A DNA stretch of 64,000 nt from Eledone cirrhosa (lineage: Eukaryota), in NCBI GenBank assembly GCA_964016885.1, contig OZ024749.1:6014001-6078000 (forward strand). The letters are read 5' to 3'. How positions within the stretch are numbered: position 1 is the stretch's first letter; every line of letters starts with the position of its first letter. The position numbers were made by a program, and so were the translations under genes. Under the pieces are notes generated by a model, which made no database searches, was not told where the DNA came from, and saw only the letters and a program-made list of their open reading frames with translations. Shown piece by piece: positions 52,935 to 64,000 of this stretch.

Positions 52935-55290
52935 TTATCTCAACAAATGAAAGGGAGGCTGCAAAGGGTCATGCTGATCGATAGTGAGACATGGGCAATG
53001 AGTGCAGAAGATATATGAAAGATGGAGAGAAATGAGGGAAGCATGCTTTGATGGATGTGCAATGTTAATGTGTAGGAATGACAAAGTATGGATGAACTGA
53101 GAGAGAATCCGAGTACAAGAGGAATGAAATGTGTGCAGGAGAGAAGACTGCATTTGTATAGGACCGGGGCTACACAAGGATTTGTATAGGACCGGGGATA
53201 CACAAGGATTTGTATAGGACCTGGGATACACAAGGATTTGTATAGGACCTGGGATACACAAGGATTTGTATAGGACCGGTGATACACAAGGATTTGTATA
53301 GGACCGGGGATACACAAGGATTTGTATAGGACCGGGGATACACAAGGATTTGTATAGGACCGGGGATACACAAGGATTTGTATAGGACCGGTGATACACA
53401 AGGATTTGTATAGGACCGGGGATACACAAGGATTTGTATAGGACCTGGGATACACAAGGATTTGTATAGGACCGGGGATACACAAGGATTTGTATAGGAC
53501 CGGGGATACACAAGGATTTGTATAGGACCGGGGATACACAAGGATTTGTATAGGACCTGGGATACACAAGGATTTGTATAGGACCGGGAATACACAAGGA
53601 TTTGTATAGGACCTGGGATACACAAGGATTTGTATAGGACCGGGGCTACACAAGGATTTGTATAGGACCGGGGATACACAAGGATTTGTATAGGACCTGG
53701 GATACACAAGGATTTGTATAGGACCGGTGATACACAAGGATCTGTATAGGACCTGGGATACACAAGGATTTGTATAGGACCTGGGATACACAAGGATTTG
53801 TATAGGACCGGGGATACACAAGGATTTGTATAGGACCGGGGATACACAAGGATTTGTATAGGACCGGGGATACACAAGGATTTGTATAGGACCTGGGATA
53901 CACAAGGATTTGTATAGGACCGGGGATACACAAGGATTTGTATAGGACCGGGGATACACAAGGATTTGTATAGGACCGGGGATACACAAGGATTTGTATA
54001 GGACTGGGGATACACAAGGATTTGTATAGGACCGGGGATACACAAGGATTTGTATAGGACCTGGGATACACAAGGATTTGCATAGGACCTGGGATACACA
54101 AGGATTTGTATAGGACCTGGGATACACAAGGATTTGTATAGGACCGGGGATACACAAGGATTTGTATAGGACCTGGGATACACAAGAATTTGTATAGGAC
54201 CTGGGATACACAAGGATTTGTATAGGACTGGGGATACACAAGGATTTGTATAGGACCGGGGATACACAAGGATTTGTATAGGACCGGGGATACACAAGGA
54301 TTTGTATAGGACCTGGGATACACAAGGATTTGTATAGGACTGGGGATACACAAGGATTTGTATAGGACCGGGGATACACAAGGATTTGTATAGGACCGGG
54401 GATACACAAGGATTTGTATAGGACCTGGGATACACAAGGATTTGTATAGGGCTGGGGATACACAAGGATTTGTATAGGACCGGGGATACACAAGGATTTG
54501 TATAGGACCTGGGATACACAAGGATTTGTATAGGACCGGGGATACACAAGGATTTGTATAGGACCTGGGATACACAAGGATTTGCATAGGACCTGGGATA
54601 CACAAGGATTTGCATAGGACCTGGGATACACAAGGATTTGTATAGGACCGGGGATACACAAGGATTTGCATAGGACCTGGGATACACAAGGATTTGTATA
54701 GGACCTGGGATACACAAGGATTTGTATAGGACCGGGGATACACAAGGATTTGTATAGGACCTGGGATACACAAGGATTTGTATAGGACTTGGGATACACA
54801 AGGATTTGTATAGGACCGGGGATACACAAGGATTTGTATAGGACTGGGGATACACAAGGATTTGTATAGGACCGGGGATACACAAGGATTTGTATAGGAC
54901 CTGGGATACACAAGGATTTGTATAAGACCGGGGATACACAAGGATTTGTATAGGACCTGGGATACACAAGGATTTGTATAGGACCTGGGATACACAAGGA
55001 TTTGTATAGGGCCGGGGATACACAAGGATTTGTATAGGACCGGGGATACACAAGGATTTGTATAGGACCGGGGATACACAAGGATTTGTATAGGACCGGG
55101 AATACACAAGGATTTGTATAGGACCGGGGATACACAAGGATTTGTATAGGACCGGGGATACACAAGGATTTGTATAGGACCGGGGAAACACAAGGATTTG
55201 TATAGGACCTGGGATACACAAGGATGACGATCAGTAGATGAAGGATAACTCAGGAGTGAATCACTGGACAGAAAATCTGATAGCTCCAAG
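52935..55290 (+). mobile_element. Degenerate RTE 3' coding fragment split by a 28-bp satellite (74 copies, 53153-55224)
   Basis: The left flank matches ETWAM..MERNE.SML.WMCN..ERRL; unit tttgtataggaccggggatacacaagga; RTE-like sequence resumes at ggatgacgat. Confidence 0.9.
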
Positions 55291-55409
55291 AATTATCAGA
55301 ACCGTGTTTGGTTCGATTCCTCGAGTTGAAGTCGTACCTACATTTTGTCTCATATTTTTTGTGTGTAAAAATATTTTAAGTACCCACCTACACAGAATTA
55401 TATACATAA

Positions 55410-55701
55410 CTACCAGATTTACCGGGTGTTGCCCGGGGTTTGAAATTATGCTAGGAATATACAGCTAGGAAGTAAAAGAAGAGAATTATTTGTCCCCAAC
55501 CTGTCAAAATAAGCAGAAGTCTTCAATAATTAATGCAAACGAATAATTTTGCTATCGATTTTTTTTGCTCAGCGTGGGTCGATTTGAAAAATTTTTGTGA
55601 TGTGACCATCTTAACGACAGGTGCAACGTGCACGGAACATTTGGTCAAATTCAGTTGGGAATTGTAAAAGCGTTAGCTGTCCTCGCTTTTATATATATAG
55701 A
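55410..55701 (-). mobile_element. Probable non-autonomous Helitron
   Basis: Minus strand starts TCtatatatataaaa and ends with a GC hairpin (ccggg/cccgg) about 12 nt before a CTAG-like terminus (GTAG here). Confidence 0.5.
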
Positions 55702-55716
55702 ATATATATATATATG

Positions 55717-56322
55717 GTGTTCTGCCAACTCGTTTTCGAGTACGGCCACTACTTTATATCCATGTAGGAGAACCCCTACCGATGTGCTGAACGAGTGCGA
55801 CTTTTTAGTCCAGCCAGTGACGTGAAAACTCTGGTACAAACACTACACTTGTGACAAATATTGACACATAGTGCTGGGCCCATGGTACCATGTGATGACA
55901 AGTGCAGAGAGATTTCCAGATATAAAGCAATGCCTGTGCCGTGAAGCTTTTATAGTGAGCAAAGGCACTGCACAAAGCCAGTCCCACTCTCTTAACCAAG
56001 ATGATATTTACCAAAAAGAAGAACAAGTCAACATCATTGGATACCATCAGAGTTGCAGGTGTTATATCAGAGTTTTCCTTCTCTTAGAATTCTGCCTTGA
56101 CAAAGGCTAAAGGGTCATCTCTCCTGGTGATTTTGGATGGCCATTGACTCTTAAGAGCTCCTTTGCCCTTTGACAGGTTTTGTTTTTAGTCCTGCAGGAT
56201 GTCCAAAGTCACCCTCCTCACCAAGAAACCTTGGTGGGGTTGCCAGTTTAGTCTCCAACGACCCGACCATGAGACAGGTTGTACTGGGATACATGTTACC
56301 AGTAGCACCAACTGGTGACCTA
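55717..56322 (-). mobile_element. Probable RTE-type LINE 5' UTR remnant
   Basis: Minus-strand motif ctaagagaaggaaaactctga preceded by a structured GC-richer leader, as recalled for RTE 5' regions; no ORF. Confidence 0.45.
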
Positions 56323-56415
56323 ACATACATATATATGCCTGGAGTCTAATGACTGAAACTAGTAAAAGAATTCATACATATGCTCATAAACATATATATG
56401 TATGATGTGTGTGTA

Positions 56416-56451
<36 letters not shown>

Positions 56452-56676
56452 AATGTGATTGGCATTAGGAAGGGCATCCAGCTGTAGAAAACCAGCCAGA
56501 ATCAGTTCTATACGCCCGAGACATGGTCACCCAACCAATCTTGCCTCAAGTGGGACAAACCCGTCTAACCCATACTTGCGTAGAAGATAGACATTAAACG
56601 ATGATCCTCATGATTTTGATCATCATGATATACATATATGTCTGCAGTCTAATCACTGAATCCAGTAAACAGTGAA

Positions 56677-56856
56677 ATAATTGTTTCTACTTTAGGCACA
56701 AGGCCAGCAATTACCCAGTGCATTACTGGTACTTTATTTTATCGACCCCGTAAGGATGAAAGGCAAAGTAAACCTCGGCGGGATTTGAACTCAGACCGTA
56801 AAGGGACGTAACTATGCTGGAAAGCATGGCGTCCGACTCTCTACCGATACTGCCAG
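56677..56856 (-). mobile_element. Family B SINE (an RTE/SINE tail fragment also lies at 56450-56605)
   Basis: Reverse complement of the 8160-8345 copy. Confidence 0.85.
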
Positions 56857-57274
56857 TGAAATAATACATATGTGTATACACAGTTACATATGTGTGATGT
56901 GTGTGTATGTGTCTCTTTCTCTCTCTCTCTCTATATATATATATATACACACACATATATATATATATATGCACAGAAACACACACACATATTTATATGT
57001 ACACATACACACATCCGTATAGATACACATGCAACCACATATCATGAAGTGAATCGAAACAGTCGATGAATAATTCAAAGTAATACGAAAATGGAAGCAA
57101 AGTCTTTGAGTGCCAAGAACTGTACACAATATGACAGCTGAAGATTCAGTTTCCAACAACAACAACAACAACAAACACAACAACAACAACAACAAAAAAC
57201 ATGGCTACAGAAAACAGTGCTTTTCCAATTCAGGCTCACAGTCACATTGGATAGGATATTTGGCAGTATTTCTT

Positions 57275-57930
57275 CTGGTTCTCTGTACCTTGAGTTCAAA
57301 ACCCGCCCTAGGTCAACTTTGACTTTCCTCCTTTCCTGGTTAACCCTTTAGCATTTAAACCGGCCATATCTGGACATAATTCTCTCCCTTCTTTCTGTTC
57401 AAACCGGCTATAACAGGCCACTCATACTTATGTTAGGGTATTTTTCTCAAAATATATAATATCAAAATCTCATAGATTCGATATTGTGTGAAATAATTAT
57501 ATAAGATAAAGCCTTTACTGTGAAAATATAATAGTAAATTTAGAGTAATGTAAAAGCTAAAGGGTTAATATCTCAAGTACTATGTATGGTTCAATTCCCC
57601 CCCTCAAATGGTTCTCTATACCTTGAGTTCAAATCCCGCCCTAGGTCAACTTTGTCTTACCTACTTTCCAGGTTAATATCTCAAGTACTGACTATGGTTC
57701 AACCCCCCCCCCCCTCAAATGGTTCTCTGTACCTTGAGTTCAAATCCCGCCCTAGGTCAAATTTGTCTTACTTACTTTCCAGGTTAATATCTCAAATACT
57801 GCCTATGGTCCAACCCCCCCCCCCTCAAATGGTTCTCTGTACTTTGAGTTCAAATCCCGCCCTAGGTCAACTTTGTCTTACATACTTTCCATGGTACTCT
57901 CAAGTACCATGTATGGTTCAATTCCCCCTA
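57275..57930 (+). repeat. Tandem repeat of about 110 bp (4 units) derived from a family B-like SINE body; the first unit is interrupted by a MITE
   Basis: Repeated ggttctctgtaccttgagttcaaatcccgccctaggtcaactttg. Confidence 0.8.
57340..57568. mobile_element. piggyBac-type MITE with demonstrable TTAA duplication
   Basis: TTAA-CCCTTTAGC ... GCTAAAGGG-TTAA; sister repeat units show the empty site ggTTAAtatctc. Confidence 0.88.
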
Positions 57931-58608
57931 ACATGATTGTCCACATTTTTCCTGTCATATTTTGTGTATGTGTCCATGAAACATATATACATATACACCA
58001 GGTCCAAACACAAAGGAACGAAACTCCCACTGTCACTGCTTCCGTCTCTCCCGCTCTCCCTTCTGTGACTATTTTGAGCAAATGAGGGCCCATGACAGGC
58101 CATCCCATGGTCCTGTGGTTTCCCCGGAGGATGGTGAGGGAGACACACTGGAAGAGCTATTCCAGCTCGCAAGGTTCACACCTGTGGGCAGGGCCTATGA
58201 GAGGGGCGTCCAGCATATACTTTGTTCCGGGGCCCTAGAGCCGAGAGGGGCCCACAGCAACCATGCAACATCCATTTTGAGAAAAATATTTGCCTACTTT
58301 AGGCTCCAAAGTGGTCTTGTACTGCCTTGTAAAATTTCTCTTCAAGGCCCAGCCTGTGGGTAGCCGACTCTGTGCCGATGATGGTGAGTAGGAAGGTGAC
58401 CCTAGGGCCAAGGACACCAGAAGTCTTCATTGATTATGCTTATGGATGAAAATAAGAATGGTTACAGCTCAACACATTCTGAGATCAAATCCTGCTGAGG
58501 TCAATTTTGAGTTTTATCCTTCAAGGTTTGATATAATGAAATATCAGTCAATTTCAATATATATATATAAAGAGAGAGAGAGAAAGTGAGTGACACATAG
58601 AGTGGTGA

Positions 58609-58655
<47 letters not shown>

Positions 58656-59374
58656 ATCAACTCCAGTACTAGAATAATACTTTATCGGCCATGAAAGGAA
58701 AAAAGGAAAAATTGATCCCTGTGGTATTTGAACTACAATCCAAGTGGGGCTGTAAATATTAAGACAATAGAATGAGGTAATCAAGCAAAAAGATGAGGTC
58801 CACAACATTCTCTAAGGCACCCTTGACAATGGATAATACATCCAAAATATTGGGATCAAGAAATATTTCCAAGGAAACATTATCTCTGTTTTTTCCACTC
58901 TTCTCCTTCATCAGCCTTTATATTTACAACCTCCCCTACATTGCAGCGACTTCCAAAACAACCGATATATATAATTTTTCTAAGCTATTATTGATAACAA
59001 TCGACTGTATTTACAGTTATTTCTGCATCTGTGTTTTCTATGATCTTCATAACTCCCCACCGAGTACTTGAAACATTCATGCTTTACATACAATGTTGTT
59101 TACAGTAAAACGCTGTTTTAATTAGTTTTCTGATTTCGACAGGGATTGTTGTCAGAGGTCGTTTAGCTAAGTGGTTAGACAGTCAGCTGGTATCTGGAAG
59201 ATGAAGTTCAATTCTTTGTAGCAGACTACTCACCAATTCTTTCCATCTATAGGGGTATTTTACTCGATATTCTTAGCTATTATGTATAGCAATTGATTGT
59301 ATTTACTGTTATTTTTGTCTCTGAGTTTCTTATATCATGTGTTTAAGAATGGAAAATAGACATTAAATTGTGAT

Positions 59375-59405
<31 letters not shown>

Positions 59406-60020
59406 CATTTAACATCCATTTTCTCACACTATATATATATATATATATATATATAGTGTGAGAAAATGGACGTTAAATGATGATGATGATGATGATATAT
59501 ATACACATATATATATGTATATGTATATGTGTGTATTTATATATCTATATATCTTTCTAGTGTGAAAAAATGGACATTAAATGGTGATGATGATGATATA
59601 TACATATATATAAGTATATGTATGTATTTATGTGTGTATATATATATATTTTTATATATGTATATGTGTGTGTGTGTGTATTTATGAATATATTTTATTA
59701 TATATATATACATGTATGTGTATATGTGTATATATATATTTATATCTACAAATGCTCGCACAAAATAAATCATAAACCATTTTGTCAAGATAAGGTCTTT
59801 TATTTTTGTTTTTGCTTCTCTCAGTTTTCATTAATCATTATGTATATCTTCCAATTTATCATCCCATCATTACAGTTTTCACAGACATTAAGGTGTTAGT
59901 TAGAAGACAGTGCAAAGTTTTCCCCTACTTCATACATCTTATCAGTAACATTACTATTTACCAGATAATTATATTTAATTACATCAAATATATTCATTTT
60001 GTTTAGTCTTCAGCTTGTTT

Positions 60021-60600
60021 GAGAGACATAGTAGATTTCTGTCAAACCAGTACTTATTTGATGTGCAGCCCTTAAATATAGAGACATAGTAGATTTATGT
60101 CAAACCAGTACTTATTTGATGAGCAGCCCTTAAATATAGAGACATAGTAGATTTCTATCAAACCAGTACTTATTTGATGTGCAGCTCTTAAATATAGAGA
60201 CATGGTAGATTTCTGTCAAACCAGTACTTATTTCATGAACAGCCCTTCAATATAGAGACATGGTAGATTTCTATCAAACCAGTACTTATTTTATGAATAG
60301 CCCTTAAATGTAGAGACATATTAGATTTCTGTCAAACCAGTACTTATTTGATGAGCAGCCCTTAAATATAGAGACATAGTAGATTTCTATCAAACCAGTA
60401 CTTATTTGATGTGCAGCTCTTAAATATAGAGACATGGTAGATTTCTGTCAAACCAGTTCTTATTTGATGAGCAGCCCTTAAATATAGAGACATAGTAGAT
60501 TTATGTCAAACCAGTACTTATTTGATGAGCAGCCCTTAAATATAGAGACATGGTAGATTTCTGTCAACCCCAGTTCTTATTTGATGAGCAGACCTTAAAT
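60021..60600. repeat. 58-bp minisatellite (about 10 copies)
   Basis: Unit gagacatagtagatttctgtcaaaccagtacttatttgatgtgcagcccttaaatata. Confidence 0.92.
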
Positions 60601-60837
60601 ACAGGATATAAACACAAACATAAACATGCAATATTTAGACAAAAAATAAATATATATGTCCTACCCATGCTAGTGTGGAAGATGGACATTAAACGATGAT
60701 GATGATGATGATGATGATGTTGATAAAACAAGAAAAATAAGTACTGAAGGTCAATAAAATTGATTAAAATCAATATACATATATATAGTTGAAATCGAAT
60801 GAACAAAACATATGAGGCAATTGTACACCTACATATA

Positions 60838-61433
60838 TCATCATCATCACTGTTTTACGTCCGTTCTTCCACGCTAGCATGGGCTAGATGGGTTGTCCTG
60901 CTGTGGGCAGTGTCCGGTCGGCTGACCTTGTCTTGCTCATACAGAAACTGATTCTGGCTTGATTTCTACAGCTGGATGCCCTTCCTAACACCAACCTCAT
61001 TTACAGTGAGTGGTGGGTGATTTTTTCTGTGGCATCTACACGTCCACTTTACAGTGTGGGCTGGTTGCTTTTTTGCCGTGGAACCTCCACGACCACTTTG
61101 CAGTGGAATGATAGGGACCCCAGTCATATCATCTCATTTCTACAGCTGAGTAAACTGGATGGAACAATGTGAAATAAAGTGTCACATAATATCTCACATA
61201 ACATTTACATTACTCTATATATACTATTGTATTTTCACACTAAAGGCTTTACCTCACATAATATCTCACAAAACATTTACATTTCTCTATATATACTATT
61301 GTATTTTCATGGTAAAGGCTTTACCTCACATAATATCGAATCCATGAGATTTTGATGTTATTTATTTTGAGAACAATACCTTAAAATTAGTATGAGTGGC
61401 CCATTATGGTTGACTTAAATGCTAAAGGGTTAA
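60838..61433. mobile_element. Family A-like SINE (minus, 60838-61182) joined to a partial piggyBac-type MITE with two 72-bp units (61182-61433)
   Basis: SINE tail and core on the minus strand, then cataacatttacattactct units and taaatgctaaagggTTAA. Confidence 0.8.
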
Positions 61434-62293
61434 AGCACCTAGCTTAGTGGTTAGAGAACTGGATTCGTAATTGTAGGGTTGCAAGATCAATTTCTGGATT
61501 GGGCAATACATTATGTCCTTGAGCAAGACACTTTATTTCATGTTGCTTTTTTTGCCAGCAACTACAACCAATGGATAGTGTCAGCATTGGGATTAGAGAT
61601 GGAAATATTGTTTTGTTGGTCAGATTTGACGAGTTCCACCCCACTTGGTAAGTAAATAAATTCAATCAATAAAAATACAAATTTGGGCTAGAGTTTTTGT
61701 CTGGGGAAGAGTTTATTCTGTGGGGACATTGTCTTGTGATGTTTGCCATGGACCAACATTATATACAAGTAAATATAGTAACGTATAATTTTTCTAAGTT
61801 TGGTACTATGTCACAGGTTTTTTAGTGATGTGGTAGTGAGGCAAGTAATCTATTAAATCAAACCAATTATATGACTGGTAATTTATTGTTTCATTCACCC
61901 CATAATGATAAAATTCAAAGTTGACTCCAGTGGGATTTGAAATCTGAATGTAAATAGTCTGAACAAATAACCTCAAGATATTTTTATAAGATGCTCCAAC
62001 ACAATCCAATCACCCCACCACCATCACTACAACATGACATGTAATAAGAAGACTACATGATGCAGGGTGGTTTTATCGTAACATCTTTCAAACGTTATAA
62101 AAGTACAGCTTCACCTCAGCTGTCATGAGGTGAAGACACCATCCAGCTAATTAGTAAAGAGATAACGAGTGTATTTCATTAATAGAGGTTAATTATAGGC
62201 ACATATATAAATGTATGGTTAAGCTGTGCACTTTGCAAGCAGGTGTTTTTAAATTCTTGTGAGTGAGATTTGGCAAAAAGAAACTGCAGAAGT

Positions 62294-62355
<62 letters not shown>

Positions 62356-62358
<3 letters not shown>

Positions 62359-62590
62359 ATAATAATAAATTTGAAGACTAAAATCCAAAGAGGCCTTGAT
62401 AAGAATAAATATATATCAAATATATAAGAACCGTAGAGCAAATATTTATTAAAATAAGATATTAAAGTTTAAGCAAAGAATTGCTGCTTTCACCCTTAAC
62501 GGGATCTTCTGAAACAGTTTCAGAAGATCCCGTTAAGGGTGAAAGCAGCAATTATTTGCTTAAACTTTAATCTGTTATTTTAATAACTAA
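62356..62590. mobile_element. Palindromic Penelope-type mini-element with two mutated hammerheads
   Basis: Arms 62446-62515 / 62517-62586 with a 1-nt centre; each arm reads gttt-CAGAAGA-tccc gttaa gggt-GAAA-gca..tgc-TT-aaac; the tail is also found alone at 52609-52701. Confidence 0.7.
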
Positions 62591-62696
62591 ATATATATAT
62601 ATATATATATATATATAGTGCAAATTTGGACGGCAACAAAACAGAGAAGCAGACAAATAAAGGTTTGTTAGGTTCACGCTCTTGAGAGTGGGGGGG

Positions 62697-62728
62697 GACG
62701 TTTCGGGCATAAGCCCTTCTCCAGGAGG
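62697..62728 (-). ncRNA. Degenerate minimal hammerhead in a Penelope-type 3' repeat (about 62620-63100)
   Basis: CTGGAGA-a gggc ttat gccc-GAAAC-GTC; one core mismatch and stem I lost. Confidence 0.45.
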
Positions 62729-63495
62729 AAATAGGTTAGGAAGAGAGTTCCGAGGGTGTGTGGAGGAGGGGTGGAAATAAATTTAGAAATAAGGGGGAAG
62801 GAGAACAAATAAAAATAAAAATAAATGTAAAAATAAATATAAGAATAAACAATAAAATGAACAAGTGGTGGAAGGGTCTGAGGTGTGTAAGGGTGGTGAC
62901 GGGTGGAGTTAGGAGAGGGGGGTGCGGGGTCAAAGCGGGGAAGGCTGAAGGTGCTGTTTGTGTATGTGTGTAGGCGTACGTATGTGTGTGTGCATGTGTA
63001 TGTGAGAATTGGAGGAAGAACGAGGTTCCATGTTCAGGAAAAGGTGTGTGCGTTGGGTGGGGTGTAAGTCGGTGTGTGCGCATGCATGTGGAAGGAGAGG
63101 GGTCAGGGGGTGGGGAAGGGGCGTGTGGATTCCGGAGGTTGAGTGTGTATATGTGGGGATACGCACATGTGTGTTTGTGTTTATACGTGGTGTGGATGTA
63201 GGCGGCGTAGTGCGAAAAAAAAGGTGAGTGAATTTGTGGGTAAGTTCCTGAGGTATTTCCATCGAGAGTGCGAAGAGATGCTGGATATTTATCATGTTAT
63301 GGAGAGGATGCATATATATATATATACATACTTTGTATATCTTGCTCTACATATATTCATAAACATTCCTATTAGGATGTCATAACTTTCTATAAATTGT
63401 ACGTATTCTTATATAGGGTTTATTGTAATAAATCTTGAATATTTGAGCTGCATAACTTCTCCACACACAATTATTTTTGAAAACGAATTACTTTA

Positions 63496-63545
<50 letters not shown>

Positions 63546-63553
<8 letters not shown>

Positions 63554-63844
63554 AAGTTAAATAAAAATCAAATGTTTAAAATTTAGCTTCGTTTGTTACT
63601 GCTATATATATTTCAGTGACAGCCATCTTTGGCTGTGACCTCTTCAGGCAGTTTGAAGAGGTCACAGCCACAGATGGCTGTCACTGAAATATATATAGCA
63701 GTAATAAACGAAGCTAAATTTTAAACATTTGACTTTTTATTTCACTTTATTTTACGTTACTCCGGTGTAACCAAACCAACCTGCGCACTTCGTTGAGTGC
63801 TCCAGCCTGCATACTGAGGTGTTGGTGTACAACCAACATATACT

Positions 63845-63850
<6 letters not shown>
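63546..63850. mobile_element. Palindromic Penelope-type mini-element
   Basis: Arms of about 100 bp (63546-63646 / 63654-63753) with a 7-nt loop; 95-bp tail on the right; (TA)n on both sides. Confidence 0.75.
63598..63652 (-). ncRNA. Type I hammerhead ribozyme motif, apparently intact
   Basis: actgc-CTGAAGA-ggtc acagcca aaga tggctgt cact-GAAA-TATATA-TA-gcagt: 5-bp stem I, long stem II, palindromic stem III, AUA site. Confidence 0.75.
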
Positions 63851-63900
<50 letters not shown>

Positions 63901-64000
63901 GTTATTCCAGGTTGAATTGGAGGTAACCACAGTAAGTAAGGTACTCAATACATAGTAGAGTATAAAAGTTTTAATATAGATGAGATTCTACTGGACTAGA

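Noticed and set aside
52940-55289. 547-759-aa repetitive ORFs in all three minus frames
   Set aside because: A consequence of a stop-free 28-bp satellite inside an RTE relic.

Overview
AT-rich, microsatellite-dense animal genomic DNA. The SINE, RTE, Penelope and (TA)n content resembles octopus/cephalopod genomes (inference from repeat recognition, not a database search). Almost all ORFs in the supplied track are artefacts of simple repeats and satellites. The genuine coding remnants are transposon-derived: a young 5'-truncated RTE LINE (RT plus an inserted PHD-type finger), degenerate RTE copies, two Tx1/L1-type LINE 3' ends inserted in (GATA)n, and two different Penelope-like elements (one with RT + GIY-YIG, one GIY-YIG remnant). 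The window also holds two tRNA-derived SINE families, piggyBac-type and hAT MITEs, a probable non-autonomous Helitron, and several satellites born from transposon segments. One candidate host exon (6214-6447, minus strand) has a Kozak ATG and encodes a signal-anchor peptide. The most striking pattern is a set of short, ORF-less, often palindromic elements in (TA)n tracts. They carry type I hammerhead ribozyme motifs, often fold back at or near the ribozyme, and share a short TTGAGTRC motif in an asymmetric tail. All coordinates were read by eye and may be off by a few bases.
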